Source of the DNA: Nostoc punctiforme PCC 73102
Lineage (GTDB): Bacteria > Cyanobacteriota > Cyanobacteriia > Cyanobacteriales > Nostocaceae
DNA length: 32,000 bases
Assembly: GCF_000020025.1 (NCBI RefSeq)
Contig: NC_010628.1
Span: 2,280,001-2,312,000 of the forward strand
Direction of reading: 5' to 3'
The translations under genes were made by a program, and so were the position numbers. The notes under the pieces are model-generated. The model had not been told where the DNA came from and made no database searches. It worked only from the letters and a program-made list of their open reading frames with translations. Positions 1 through 9,249 of the stretch are shown here, one piece after another (within the stretch, counting starts at the first letter, position 1; every line of letters starts with the position of its first letter).

Positions 1-437
1 CAGGAGAGAGCCAGCTTTTTACCCAAGGGTGCATCCTTTAAAGTGACATGGTAAAAAATTTCTGGATTGGTTTGGCGGGAAATTGTCTTCAAGTCACCGC
101 CAGTATTTGATACCAAGGTGATGCGGTCTTGTTGAGCAGAAACACGAGAGAGTGCAGAATTCTGTCGCTGGATGAAAAATATTGTAGATGCACTCAGTAT
201 CACTAAGAATGCCACAACTCCAGAGGTAATCCATCGATTGCGGCGTTGCTCTACCTCCAGCGCTTGGCGGCGATTTAACTGAATCAGCGCTTCATCTAGT
301 AACTCAGGCGGTAAATTCAACTCCTGTAAAATTTCTCTAACCTGCTGTTGGTCTAGTTCCGCTTCTCGACGCACTTGCAGACCTTCTACTTCTGTGACTA
401 TTTGTGCTAATTGTTCTTGAGTCAGTCGCTGCGTCAT
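1..437 (-). CDS. hypothetical membrane-anchored protein, N-terminal part (gene runs off the left edge)
   Basis: My own minus-strand translation from the ATG at 437-435 gives MTQRLTQEQLAQIVTEVEGLQVRREAELDQQQVREILQELNLPPELLDEALIQLNRRQALEVEQRRNRWITSGVVAFLVILSASTIFFIQ... The frame stays open to base 1 and contains one hydrophobic helix. It is absent from the ORF track because it is truncated by the window. Confidence 0.55.
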   Translation of the reverse strand, partial: MTQRLTQEQLAQIVTEVEGLQVRREAELDQQQVREILQELNLPPELLDEALIQLNRRQALEVEQRRNRWITSGVVAFLVILSASTIFFIQRQNSALSRVSAQQDRITLVSNTGGDLKTISRQTNPEIFYHVTLKDAPLGKKLALS

Positions 438-552
438 CGCTTAACTCCTGTTAAAAAAACTTGATGGCGATTCTTGATCTTGATTACGTGCAATCAGAAG
501 AACTCTATACTTACTTTTCTAGGTACATCATAAGCTACAACATAAAGTTGTT

Positions 553-600
553 GCTTTTCGGATTCTTTCTGAGATATCTTTCCGAAAGCTTTATTTATTT
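553..600 (+). terminator. hairpin plus T-rich tract (candidate intrinsic terminator or attenuator)
   Basis: gcttttcgga (553-562) pairs with tccgaaagc (581-589) with one bulge, followed by tttatttattt (590-600). It lies in the divergent spacer upstream of the 633 CDS, with no upstream + strand gene to terminate. Confidence 0.25.
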
Positions 601-604
601 GACC

Positions 605-629
605 AATCTAAAATCTAAAATCCAAAATT
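605..629. repeat. heptanucleotide tandem repeat (STRR-like), aatctaa x2 then aatccaa
   Basis: Read directly: aatctaa aatctaa aatccaa aattg, ending a few bases before the ATG at 633. Confidence 0.7.
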
Positions 630-632
630 GTT

Positions 633-1664
633 ATGGCTCAAGAACAACAAACCGCAATTGAAGGTATCTATGAAGTCTGTATCGGCATTCCAGAACCAAT
701 TTCTGCAATTCAGTATTGGGAGCAATTTGGCTATCGTATTGGTCAAGTGGGTGAATTAACCGCAGATATAGCTTATCAATTATATGGAGTAAATTCGTCT
801 TTACGCTCAATTCGCCTCTACCACCAAAATTCAGATCATGGTTTGATTCGGTTGATGGTTTGGCAAAACCCTACCCATGAAGGTTTGGGAATAGCATCGA
901 TGAAAATTAAGGGAAATCGTTGGGCAACAAGCCTAACAACCGATGTGTTAAGTATCTTAAATCATATAGAGGATGCAAAAGCCGCAGGTTTTCCTATTAG
1001 GCACTCTAATCCTTATTGGGAAGTCATTTACAACAAAGAGAGGAAAAGCCGTCCTTTTGTTGAGTCAGCAGTTGGTGTGCGAGAAATGCTGCTACTTCAA
1101 CCGTTAGCTCGACAAGTTTTATTTCAACGATTTGGCTATACACTACCGGATTACGGACAAGTTAATCATAATGCTGCTCTCAAGGCTAGTCAGTTTACTC
1201 ATATAGGAATCATCTCTCAAGATGACAGCAAAGAAACCCTCAAGTTTTACGAAGAAGTTTTAGGTTTGCTGCGTGTGCGTGATGATGTCGAAACTAGCTA
1301 TGAATCTTCGCCAGCAGGTCGAGATATTTTTGACCTTAACCCTGGTGAAAAGTTTATTGTTACTGCTTTTGACGATCCGCGTTCTTCTAAGTCTGACCTG
1401 ATGGCTGCACGCAGTGGTAGGCTTTATATTGTTCGATTCCCAGAATCTATTAATTTAGAATCGCGTTTTGAGGCAGCCCAACCAGGTAGCTTAGGTATGT
1501 CTTTATATACCTATCGGGTTAAGGGAATACAACACTATTGCGATCGCATTCAAGCAAGTACTGTACAAAAAGTTACAGATATTATTAGTAATGAGTTTGG
1601 CGAGACGAGTTTCTCTTTCATTGCACCAGATGGCTACTTCTGGACTTTGCTGGAAGCTAATTAA
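633..1664 (+). CDS. VOC (glyoxalase/bleomycin-resistance/dioxygenase) superfamily-like protein
   Basis: 343-aa ORF with no competing frame. The family call rests only on overall resemblance to two-domain VOC proteins annotated in Nostocales, so the function is weak. Confidence 0.5.
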   Translation: MAQEQQTAIEGIYEVCIGIPEPISAIQYWEQFGYRIGQVGELTADIAYQLYGVNSSLRSIRLYHQNSDHGLIRLMVWQNPTHEGLGIASMKIKGNRWATSLTTDVLSILNHIEDAKAAGFPIRHSNPYWEVIYNKERKSRPFVESAVGVREMLLLQPLARQVLFQRFGYTLPDYGQVNHNAALKASQFTHIGIISQDDSKETLKFYEEVLGLLRVRDDVETSYESSPAGRDIFDLNPGEKFIVTAFDDPRSSKSDLMAARSGRLYIVRFPESINLESRFEAAQPGSLGMSLYTYRVKGIQHYCDRIQASTVQKVTDIISNEFGETSFSFIAPDGYFWTLLEAN

Positions 1665-1733
1665 CTGGGCGTTGGGCATTGGACATGGAGGATTGGTAGT
1701 TATAGCCCATAGCCAATGCTCAAAAACTAGTTT

Positions 1734-1982
1734 TCATTTATTTACGTCAATAGACAGTTCCTTTTTGCTATGTCTCAACTGTTTCCAAAGCGCCCTAATT
1801 TGCTCGTAAGCTTCTTCTGGAGATAGTTTTCCGCCTGTTTCTAGACAAGAAATGTAAGTAATTCTTTGGGCAAATTCTTGAAGGTTGGCATTAAATGCTA
1901 AAGTCTCTGGCTGGAATTTACCATAATATCGGCTACGAGGGTAAAGAAAGCTATTTTTATCTTGCGAGTTAGGCTGTGTCAT
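1734..1982 (-). CDS. conserved cyanobacterial hypothetical protein (82 aa)
   Basis: Clean ORF 261 nt downstream of the AsnB-like gene on the same strand. The segment FNANLQEFAQRITYISCLETGGKLSPEEAYEQIRALWKQL resembles small conserved cyanobacterial proteins I recall. No function is known. Confidence 0.55.
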   Translation of the reverse strand: MTQPNSQDKNSFLYPRSRYYGKFQPETLAFNANLQEFAQRITYISCLETGGKLSPEEAYEQIRALWKQLRHSKKELSIDVNK

Positions 1983-2243
1983 TAATTTGCTCTCTGTAAT
2001 TTTTATTAGAATTCTAGATTTTATTTTTATCTAAGTGTAAATACACAGTAGAAAATTTCAATTCCAGAATGAAGTTAATATTGTAGTTAAAAAAATATTT
2101 TATTGACTAGTACAGTACGGCACAAATCTGCTGGTAATATTAAGTTTTTTTGTGTTTATTGATACAAAAACTCAAGCTTTTACTACAAACTTATTTACTC
2201 CCCAAAGTTGGCTGTAGTTATCGCGTATTCTTTTTTGTTTTTA

Positions 2244-3998
2244 CTACCGCACTTTTTGATTCACCTGTAACCAAATTTCTAAACTTGCAAGCAACCAAAG
2301 CTTTACTCCATAACGACTCCAAGTATCTCCTTGATAGTTTAACCAATTACGAATTGGTAACTGGTTCAAGTAAGGAGTGATAGCTGCATTCCGATTTAGT
2401 AATAAATCTCTAGCTTCTTGCTGCCAATATTTCCGAAATCCTAACTGCACAGGCACCATCATGCCACTTTTGGGACGATGAATAATTTCCTCTGGTAAGA
2501 TATCTGCGATAACTTGCTTTAAAACTGCTTTTTCTTCCACCCCAGAAAGTTTATACTCTGGAGGGATTTCCATGCTTAAATCTACTACTCGTTGGTCAAA
2601 TAGGGGAGAACGTCCGTGCAAAAGGGCTGCTTGAGTCAAGTTACTGACTTTCGTCAGAATTTGGTCAGCACCTTTGAATTTGATGTTCATTGCCATCAAA
2701 CGATTCAGATAGCTGGCTTGGGAATATAAATCTTCTTCAAAAACCCAAGGTGCTGTTTGTACCGCTGTCCAAACTTCTGGTTTTAAAAGTTGCGGTAAGT
2801 CAACAGCGCACTTTTGAAAGGAAATTAAATAAGCTTGCAATGCATCCTGATTAGTGACAGAGCCATATAAACTATTGATGAGCATTGGCTGATTTTTTGG
2901 CCCACCAAAACAGGGGTCGCCACCTTCACCATTTAAAACTACTTCTACGTTTTCTCTCGCCAGTCGTCCCAGCAAGAGGTTGGGAACAGTCAGTGGGTCG
3001 CCAATGGGGTCATCTAAATACGCCATTGTTTCTGGCAGACGTGACCACATATCCTTAAAAGTAATTTCCAAAATGTGGTGCTGCGTCTGGCAATGGGATG
3101 CAACGAGACTGGAAAATTCTAACTCATTGGGACATTCTGAACCAAAATGAATCGAGAAGGTGTGAACTGGTGCTTTGTGGAATTTCGCTGCTAAAGCAGT
3201 GATACAGCTAGAGTCCAAACCACCAGAAAGAAAAACGCCGACGGGTTCGTTTGCTGGTGGTAAATATTCTTGAACAACTTGGTCTAGGAGTTCTCGCAAG
3301 CGATCGCCATGCCATGCTAAGGGTTGATCTATTGCTACAATCTGTTCTTGAAGCTGCCAGTAAGCTTCAATTTTCTGGTCGGGAAATTCTAAAACGGTTC
3401 CAGGTCGTAGTTCGCGCACCTGTTCCCAAAGCGTTCTTTCTCCTGGAACAAAGGCACAACAAAGGTAATCTCGCAACGCTACCAAATCTAATTCGGATGA
3501 ACGGTGAGGTGATAAAGTTCTCAGTTGAGGCGCAATCCAACGAACCGAACCAGTGGTAGTGTAATAGAGAGTCCGAACACCGATGCGATCGCGAACCAAC
3601 TTCAATACTTGTCTTTCTCTATCCCAAACCACTAGCGCAAACATTCCCACAAGTTGGTGAAGACATTCAAAACCCCATCGTTCCCAAAGATTGGCAACTA
3701 CTTGCAGATAACTTCCTTGAAAGCTATCCGGTTCAATCCCTAACTTTTGCAGTAACTGCACTTGGTTAGTTAACCAAACATCACCAACAACAACAAATCG
3801 TCCTCCAGAACTGATTGCTAATTTCTCCGTCAGAAATCCAGAAGCTGTACGTGGTAAAACTACATAAAATTTTTCATCTCGCCAAGCTATATTTTCATAA
3901 CTTTCATCAACTGTTCCCCAAGCTACGCGCCAGGTTGGGTCAGTCTTAATAAATTCGATTTTAGGAGATTTACGATTTTTAAACGCATCAAATAGCAT
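2244..3998 (-). CDS. asparagine synthetase B family protein lacking the N-terminal Cys nucleophile
   Basis: 584 aa. The PP-loop motif SGGLDSS lies in the synthetase half. The N terminus reads MLFDAF rather than the MCG expected of class II glutamine amidotransferases. Confidence 0.8.
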   Translation of the reverse strand: MLFDAFKNRKSPKIEFIKTDPTWRVAWGTVDESYENIAWRDEKFYVVLPRTASGFLTEKLAISSGGRFVVVGDVWLTNQVQLLQKLGIEPDSFQGSYLQVVANLWERWGFECLHQLVGMFALVVWDRERQVLKLVRDRIGVRTLYYTTTGSVRWIAPQLRTLSPHRSSELDLVALRDYLCCAFVPGERTLWEQVRELRPGTVLEFPDQKIEAYWQLQEQIVAIDQPLAWHGDRLRELLDQVVQEYLPPANEPVGVFLSGGLDSSCITALAAKFHKAPVHTFSIHFGSECPNELEFSSLVASHCQTQHHILEITFKDMWSRLPETMAYLDDPIGDPLTVPNLLLGRLARENVEVVLNGEGGDPCFGGPKNQPMLINSLYGSVTNQDALQAYLISFQKCAVDLPQLLKPEVWTAVQTAPWVFEEDLYSQASYLNRLMAMNIKFKGADQILTKVSNLTQAALLHGRSPLFDQRVVDLSMEIPPEYKLSGVEEKAVLKQVIADILPEEIIHRPKSGMMVPVQLGFRKYWQQEARDLLLNRNAAITPYLNQLPIRNWLNYQGDTWSRYGVKLWLLASLEIWLQVNQKVR

Positions 3999-4123
3999 GG
4001 TAAATTTTCAACGCATAATTTAGTCATTTTAGGCAGTTTTGAAATAAATAGACTACACACAAACCTTTCTCCAAAAAGGCTAATTATGCAAGTTAAATTT
4101 GGAACAGCTTACCTTTTCCCAAG

Positions 4124-5512
4124 ATGCAAGCAGATTTTATCCCTAAAACGATCGCACAAGCAAGTCAGCAAATGCAAAGTGGCTTGCTAACTTCCAGCAT
4201 GTTAGTCAAGCATTATCTCGCAAGTATCAAAAAGTTAAATTATACACTCAATGCTTTTATTACAGTTCTAGAGCAACAAGCCCTAGAAGCTGCTATTCAA
4301 AAAGACTTTGAGCGAATAAACGGTCAAAACTGCGGGCTGTTACACGGGATTCCTATTGTTGTAAAAGATAATATTGATACAGCAGAAGTAAAAACTACCG
4401 TTGGTTCACAACTTTTTTGCGAACTGACAAATCAAGGACTGCGCGATCGCATACCATTATCTGATAGTGTAATTGTCCAAAAGCTCAAGGCAGCAGGTGC
4501 GGTAATTTTAGGTAAGACAAATTTAAGCGAATTTGCGGCTGACCTTTCTGGAAACAATCTTTTTTATGGAAATACTTGCAACTTCTGGAACCACAACCAC
4601 TCATCAGGAGGTTCTTCTAGCGGAAGTGCAACCGCTATTGCTGCACGCCTTTGTTTAGCTGGAATTGGTACTGATACTGGTGGTTCAATTCGAGTCCCCG
4701 CCAGTTGGTCAGGAGTGGTAGGACTGCGCCCAACTTACAGATTACTTAGCAATAAAGGTATTTTTCCCCGCACTCGTAGTTTTGATACAGTTGGTTTTTT
4801 GACAAATTGTGTAGAAGATATTGCTATTTTACTTGATGCTGTACTCTTCCCTATTTCCACAAATTTAAAACAACTATATCCTCTACCAACTAATATCAAC
4901 GGGTTAAAATTGGGCATACTTAATAACTATACATTTCGGGGAATTGAACCAGAAATTGCTAAGGCAATTTCTAACGCCATATCCATCTTGAAAAAACTTG
5001 GAGCGGAAATTATCACTATAAATTCTCCATTTTTAATAGAGGGATTTGATGAGGTGACTTATTCCACTATTGCTCTTTATGAATTCCATCAAGTTTTGCA
5101 AGCAGAATACGCTACAAACCCCAATAAATTTGGAGCTAAAGTACAAAGCGACTTATCCAAAGGAGTAAAAATTTCTCATCACAGTTACAAAAAAGCAAAG
5201 CAGAAACGGGAAGAATGTTTTCTGCAACGGCAAAAACTGTTTCAGGAAGTGGATATTTTGCTAACACCCACAACACCAATAGTTGCACCTCTTATTGACG
5301 CAGATGCTAAAATCTATCGATTAAATCAGCGATTTATGTTACCTTTCAGTTTTCTGGGTTTACCTGCAATATCGCTGCCTTGTGGACAAAGCACTCAGGG
5401 TTTACCTATAGGATTGCAACTTGTTGGTAATTCCTATACCGAAGCTTTGATTTTAAGAGTTGCTTTTGCCTTGCAAGTTGCTACTACTTTCTCTGAAGAT
5501 AGCCTTCTCTAA
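4124..5512 (+). CDS. amidase (amidase-signature family, GatA-like)
   Basis: 462 aa with the GGSSSGS signature and an upstream VVKDNID lysine, typical of the Ser-cisSer-Lys triad family. Confidence 0.85.
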   Translation: MQADFIPKTIAQASQQMQSGLLTSSMLVKHYLASIKKLNYTLNAFITVLEQQALEAAIQKDFERINGQNCGLLHGIPIVVKDNIDTAEVKTTVGSQLFCELTNQGLRDRIPLSDSVIVQKLKAAGAVILGKTNLSEFAADLSGNNLFYGNTCNFWNHNHSSGGSSSGSATAIAARLCLAGIGTDTGGSIRVPASWSGVVGLRPTYRLLSNKGIFPRTRSFDTVGFLTNCVEDIAILLDAVLFPISTNLKQLYPLPTNINGLKLGILNNYTFRGIEPEIAKAISNAISILKKLGAEIITINSPFLIEGFDEVTYSTIALYEFHQVLQAEYATNPNKFGAKVQSDLSKGVKISHHSYKKAKQKREECFLQRQKLFQEVDILLTPTTPIVAPLIDADAKIYRLNQRFMLPFSFLGLPAISLPCGQSTQGLPIGLQLVGNSYTEALILRVAFALQVATTFSEDSLL

Positions 5513-6593
5513 CTAACGGTAAAACATTTCGTCCCACATTTTCGCACTCTTCTAAATGGGGATAACCAGACAAAATAAAAACTGTGATTCCCAAGTCTAT
5601 GTATTGCAAAAGACGCTCTGCCACTTGCTGATAACTACCAACAATTGCCATTCCTGCACCACTCCGTACCACAGAAATACCAGCCCAAAGCAGTGGTTCA
5701 ACATACCAATCTTCATCAGCATTTCCCCGTAATTTCCATTGTCGACTTTGACCGACACTTTCCCGCTTGGTATTAGGAAATTCAGTGGCTCGTGCTTTAG
5801 CTAATACTTGTGGAGAAACTTTTGCCAACATTTCCCTTGCTGTTTCTCTAGCTTCAATTTCAGTTGTTCGAGCAATAATATTAATCCTTAATCCATAACC
5901 TACCGCTTTTCTTCGTCCGCAATTGCTAACTAATTGCTGCATCTGGTTAATTCGGTCAGCTAGTTGTTGTCGTGCTTCTCCCCACATTAGATAAACATCT
6001 GCAAATTCTGCACCCACTTGTTGAGCCATTTCGCTTGCACCACCGAAATAAAATAGCGGCCCAGACGGTTGTAGAGGTAAAGTTTCTAACCGAGTTTGAT
6101 GGAGCTGATAAAATTCTCCTTCATAGTCAAAGGGATTAGTGGTTGACCATAACTGCCGACAAATTTGCATAAATTCACGAGTGCGGCGATAGCGGCTATC
6201 ATGATCTAAATAATCACCATACATTGCCTGTTCTGTTGGTCGTCCACCTGTGACAATGTTAAGGGAAAGGCGACCTTTACTGATGCAATCTAAGGTAAGA
6301 GCCATCTTTGCCAATACTGGAGCCGAATAAAACCCTGGACGCACAGCTACCATCGCTCCAGCATTAAGGGTAAGGGCTAAAACTGCTGTTGCTAAAGTCC
6401 AAGCCTCCATAATGTGGTGGTTGAAACCCATACCAATTAAAACCTGCCGGAACCCGAATCGTTCTGCTGTTTTAAAAATCTCAACTGTATACTCAAGACT
6501 GGGAGGACGTTCCCAAATGGGCAAACCTAAATAGAATCCATCACCAGATACCGGAGCGCACCAATTAAATTCCAGTTTCTGTTTTGCAAACAT
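5484..6593 (-). CDS. LLM-class (luciferase-like) flavin-dependent oxidoreductase, SsuD-like
   Basis: 369 aa with the overall LLM pattern (GRLSLNIVTGG, YGDYLDHDSRY...). Its 3' end overlaps the amidase 3' end by 29 bp, convergently. Confidence 0.75.
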   Translation of the reverse strand: MFAKQKLEFNWCAPVSGDGFYLGLPIWERPPSLEYTVEIFKTAERFGFRQVLIGMGFNHHIMEAWTLATAVLALTLNAGAMVAVRPGFYSAPVLAKMALTLDCISKGRLSLNIVTGGRPTEQAMYGDYLDHDSRYRRTREFMQICRQLWSTTNPFDYEGEFYQLHQTRLETLPLQPSGPLFYFGGASEMAQQVGAEFADVYLMWGEARQQLADRINQMQQLVSNCGRRKAVGYGLRINIIARTTEIEARETAREMLAKVSPQVLAKARATEFPNTKRESVGQSRQWKLRGNADEDWYVEPLLWAGISVVRSGAGMAIVGSYQQVAERLLQYIDLGITVFILSGYPHLEECENVGRNVLPLVREGYLQRK

Positions 6594-6744
6594 TTATGCA
6601 AATTTTAAATTGCGATTCAATTATGCACTAGATTTTGAGCCAAGCAACAGTTAACAATGCGGGTTAATGCTCGGAATAGGTGTTGCTATCTAAAGATCAT
6701 AGTGCATTGTAGAGAGCGTTATTACGAATTACGAATTGTTTAAA

Positions 6745-7485
6745 TTAATTTTCAGATATATAAATTTTAATTTGAAGGCTTTCTCTCAAACTGCTAAGGT
6801 AAGCTAGCAGCGCATAAGTAAAAATCACAATTCCAGTCATTTCTAAAAATTCTTCAACGACTATACCAATTAACGTTATTAGGCTGCGTCGCCCAAAATC
6901 TTCTCTCAAAAATCCACCTACCATTTCCATACCTAAAGTTCCACTCACATAAACAACAGCGGAAATCAGAAATAAATACCTAGTTTTGTAAGGGAGATAA
7001 AGCCAAAATTTTAGATATTTAAATGCAAAAATTCCCACTAAAATAGCACCAGGTATCACCCAGGTTTGGAAAAATATAGGATTGAGATGAAACGATTCTC
7101 GCACTGACGGAATTATCAAAAGCTCGTGAAAACTAAATGCTTCATCCAAACTCAAATATATAAATATAAAATATAAGGTTTTCCAGCCAGAGAAATAGCG
7201 ATCTTCCGAATTAATAGCGGTAATTGCTTTAAGTAATCCCGAACAAAATAATAGAGAAAATGCAGAATACCAGGCAGGAATATTCAATTCTTCATCTAAG
7301 CTAAATAGTTCGTAAAACCATTTGCTAGCTGGGAAGGAAAACTCCGTGAACCAGAAGTAGGCACTTAGAGCGCCTGCTAAGGTGAGGCAAATAACTGCTG
7401 CCATTAAACGTCGAGCAATTGTTTTAGCACACAGATGAATTGGTAACTCTATGTTAAAATCTGATGCTTTTTGCTGCATACGCAT
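6745..7485 (-). CDS. multi-pass integral membrane protein, function unknown
   Basis: 246-aa ORF with about 7 hydrophobic segments. I recognise no family. Confidence 0.6.
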   Translation of the reverse strand: MRMQQKASDFNIELPIHLCAKTIARRLMAAVICLTLAGALSAYFWFTEFSFPASKWFYELFSLDEELNIPAWYSAFSLLFCSGLLKAITAINSEDRYFSGWKTLYFIFIYLSLDEAFSFHELLIIPSVRESFHLNPIFFQTWVIPGAILVGIFAFKYLKFWLYLPYKTRYLFLISAVVYVSGTLGMEMVGGFLREDFGRRSLITLIGIVVEEFLEMTGIVIFTYALLAYLSSLRESLQIKIYISEN

Positions 7486-7650
7486 ACTGAGCTAATTTCC
7501 TTTGTGCGGAATAAAATCATTAATAGGAAATTATCTCATATAGATAAATGATCTGAGCCAACTATTACAGAATCTTGATTCAGGAAAACCCTAGATTTTT
7601 GAACGAAATTGCTAATATACTACATTAAGCTTATCTAACTAGTGTATTTT

Positions 7651-8100
7651 ATGAGCAACACTAAAAAAGTTAGTGAAGACTTGAGCGCTGCTGGACAACC
7701 AACTCCTGAAGAGTTAAAACAGGCAGCCCAAGAGGGATTTAAGTCGGTGCTAAACCTGCGCTCTCCTGATGAACCAGGTTTTCTCAGTGATGAACAGCAG
7801 CAAGCCCAAGCTGCTGGATTGCAATATGCCAATATCCCGTTAAAGCCTTCAGAAGCAAATCAAGAGCTAACAGAGGCAGCAATCCAGGAAATTGAAAACT
7901 TACCCAAACCAATTTTAATTCACTGCGCGGCTGGAGCAAGAGCTGGCGGTATTGCCTTGATTTCCAATGCTATTAGCGAAGGTCTGACCTATGAAGAAAT
8001 TAGTCAGAAAGCGCAAGAGCTTGGTTTCAACTTAGAACAACCGCACCTTAAGCAATTCTTGCTTGAGAAGTATATTGCCAAGCAAGCAGAGAAAAGCTAG
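7651..8100 (+). CDS. DUF442-type non-classical phosphatase-like / sulfur-transferase-like protein
   Basis: P-loop-like HCAAGARAG (C-X4-R). I prefer the ATG at 7651 (MSNTKK) over the GTG at 7642 used by the ORF track. Confidence 0.65.
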   Translation: MSNTKKVSEDLSAAGQPTPEELKQAAQEGFKSVLNLRSPDEPGFLSDEQQQAQAAGLQYANIPLKPSEANQELTEAAIQEIENLPKPILIHCAAGARAGGIALISNAISEGLTYEEISQKAQELGFNLEQPHLKQFLLEKYIAKQAEKS

Positions 8101-8504
8101 GGACTTGCAATAAAATATCAGTCACACTGGGGCGATCGTGATATTGCATTTGGGTAATGTTTCAGAAATTTGCCAGAGAAGTTAGTACTGTTTTAACTCT
8201 GATAAGAGAAGCTTGCTTCCTTAATCCCAAACTTTGACTAAACTTCTACTTGAGAATTGCCACAGTAGTAGTTATCGTGTTAACTTATTCAGATCAAAAA
8301 AAGTATTTCATAAACGACTAAGCTTTTTTTACCTACAAGAAGTATTCGGACAATCTCTGCAAGATATAGCGATCGCCTAAACTATTCACTACTTAATAGC
8401 ACAAATCACTGGAATGCTTATCTAGACAAGCTATAAGCTTTTCTCCATAAGTATTCAGGTCAGCATATTATTTTTCTCTATTCAGAGATATAAAAGAGCG
8501 CTAA

Positions 8505-8659
8505 ACTCCGCTATCAATTATGCAAGCGATTACAATGGACAACTGCAACGTCCTTGATATTGGTGCAGATTCACCAGAAGCGATCGCACTGGTGGAATGC
8601 TGAGGTCACGACTTGGCTCAATTCATGGAGAGAAAATCAAATGTCTAATATCGGTCTGA
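8505..8659 (+). pseudogene. frameshifted C-terminal remnant of an XdhC/CoxI-family accessory gene
   Basis: One frame reads ...NVLDIGADSPEAIALVEC* (stop at 8601-8603). The +2 frame continues GGMLRSRLGSIHGEKIKCLISV* (stop at 8657-8659), overlapping the mocA-like ATG. Both pieces resemble XdhC C-termini as I recall them (GLDIGAxTPEEIAL ... GG.L....G.IH). No ORF of 60 aa or more exists in 8101-8553. Confidence 0.4.
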
Positions 8660-9249
8660 TTATTCTTGCTGCTGGTGCATCAACTCGTATGGGAACACCA
8701 AAACAACTTCTACGTTACGGTGAACAGAGTTTGATTGGGCATGTAGTTCAAGTGGCGAACGCTTCAGTTTGCCATCCAATTATCGTTGTATTAGGGTCAT
8801 ACGCTGAACGTATCAAACCAGAGATTAACTCAGAACAAGTACATATTGTAGAAAATCCACTTTTAAGTGAGGGAATAAGTACCTCTATTCGTGTTGGCAT
8901 AGAAGCCCTGAATATAATCAATAAAGAAGCAAAAGCTGTTGTTTTGATGGTATGCGATCAACCTTTTATTTCACCTCAACTCATCAATCAACTTGTTGAA
9001 GTTCACGAAACTACTCTTAAACCAATCGTTGCTTCACAATATGCAGACACTCTAGGTGTCCCTGCATTATTTAACCGTACTTTCTTTGCAAAACTAACTA
9101 CACTAAGTGGTACAGATGGTGCAAGACATATAATTAAAAAATATCTTCAAGAAGTTTTAGCAGTTCCTTTCCCAGAAGGTGTATTCGACTTAGATACTCC
9201 AGATGATTACGAGCAGCTTTTGTTGAAGAATTCAGAAGTCAGAATTTAG
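8641..9249 (+). CDS. MobA/MocA-like nucleotidyltransferase (molybdenum cofactor cytidylyl/guanylyltransferase family)
   Basis: The N terminus MSNIGLIILAAGASTRMGTPKQLL is the classic LAAGxSxRMG NTP-transferase motif. GGAGA lies 8 nt upstream of the ATG at 8641. The ORF-track start at 8554 is probably read-through of the upstream remnant. Confidence 0.8.
   Translation: MSNIGLIILAAGASTRMGTPKQLLRYGEQSLIGHVVQVANASVCHPIIVVLGSYAERIKPEINSEQVHIVENPLLSEGISTSIRVGIEALNIINKEAKAVVLMVCDQPFISPQLINQLVEVHETTLKPIVASQYADTLGVPALFNRTFFAKLTTLSGTDGARHIIKKYLQEVLAVPFPEGVFDLDTPDDYEQLLLKNSEVRI

Noticed and set aside
3251-3559. Track ORFs lying antisense to or overlapping well-supported genes: 461-661, 1591-1809, 2150-2380, 3251-3559, 4735-4917, 7635-7832, 13010-13261, 14844-15032, 15291-15611, 15425-15751, 16221-16454, 16572-16820, 16953-17147, 20082-20282, 20183-20434, 20545-20880, 21994-22293, 22093-22356, 22846-23070, 31727-31930
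   Set aside because: Each sits inside or against a longer ORF with clear family motifs, has odd low-complexity composition and matches no domain I recognise. I treat them as shadow ORFs.
1734-6593. Lasso-peptide (or other RiPP) cluster built around the AsnB-like protein
   Set aside because: Lasso cyclases are AsnB homologues without the N-terminal Cys. However, I find no transglutaminase-like leader peptidase, no PqqD-like RRE and no plausible short precursor in the flanking spacers (1983-2243, 3999-4123). The 82-aa downstream ORF has no leader/core features.
8101-8640. Moco riboswitch upstream of the mocA-like gene
   Set aside because: I could not recognise the Moco motif. The protein-like reading frames at 8505-8659 are better explained as an xdhC relic.
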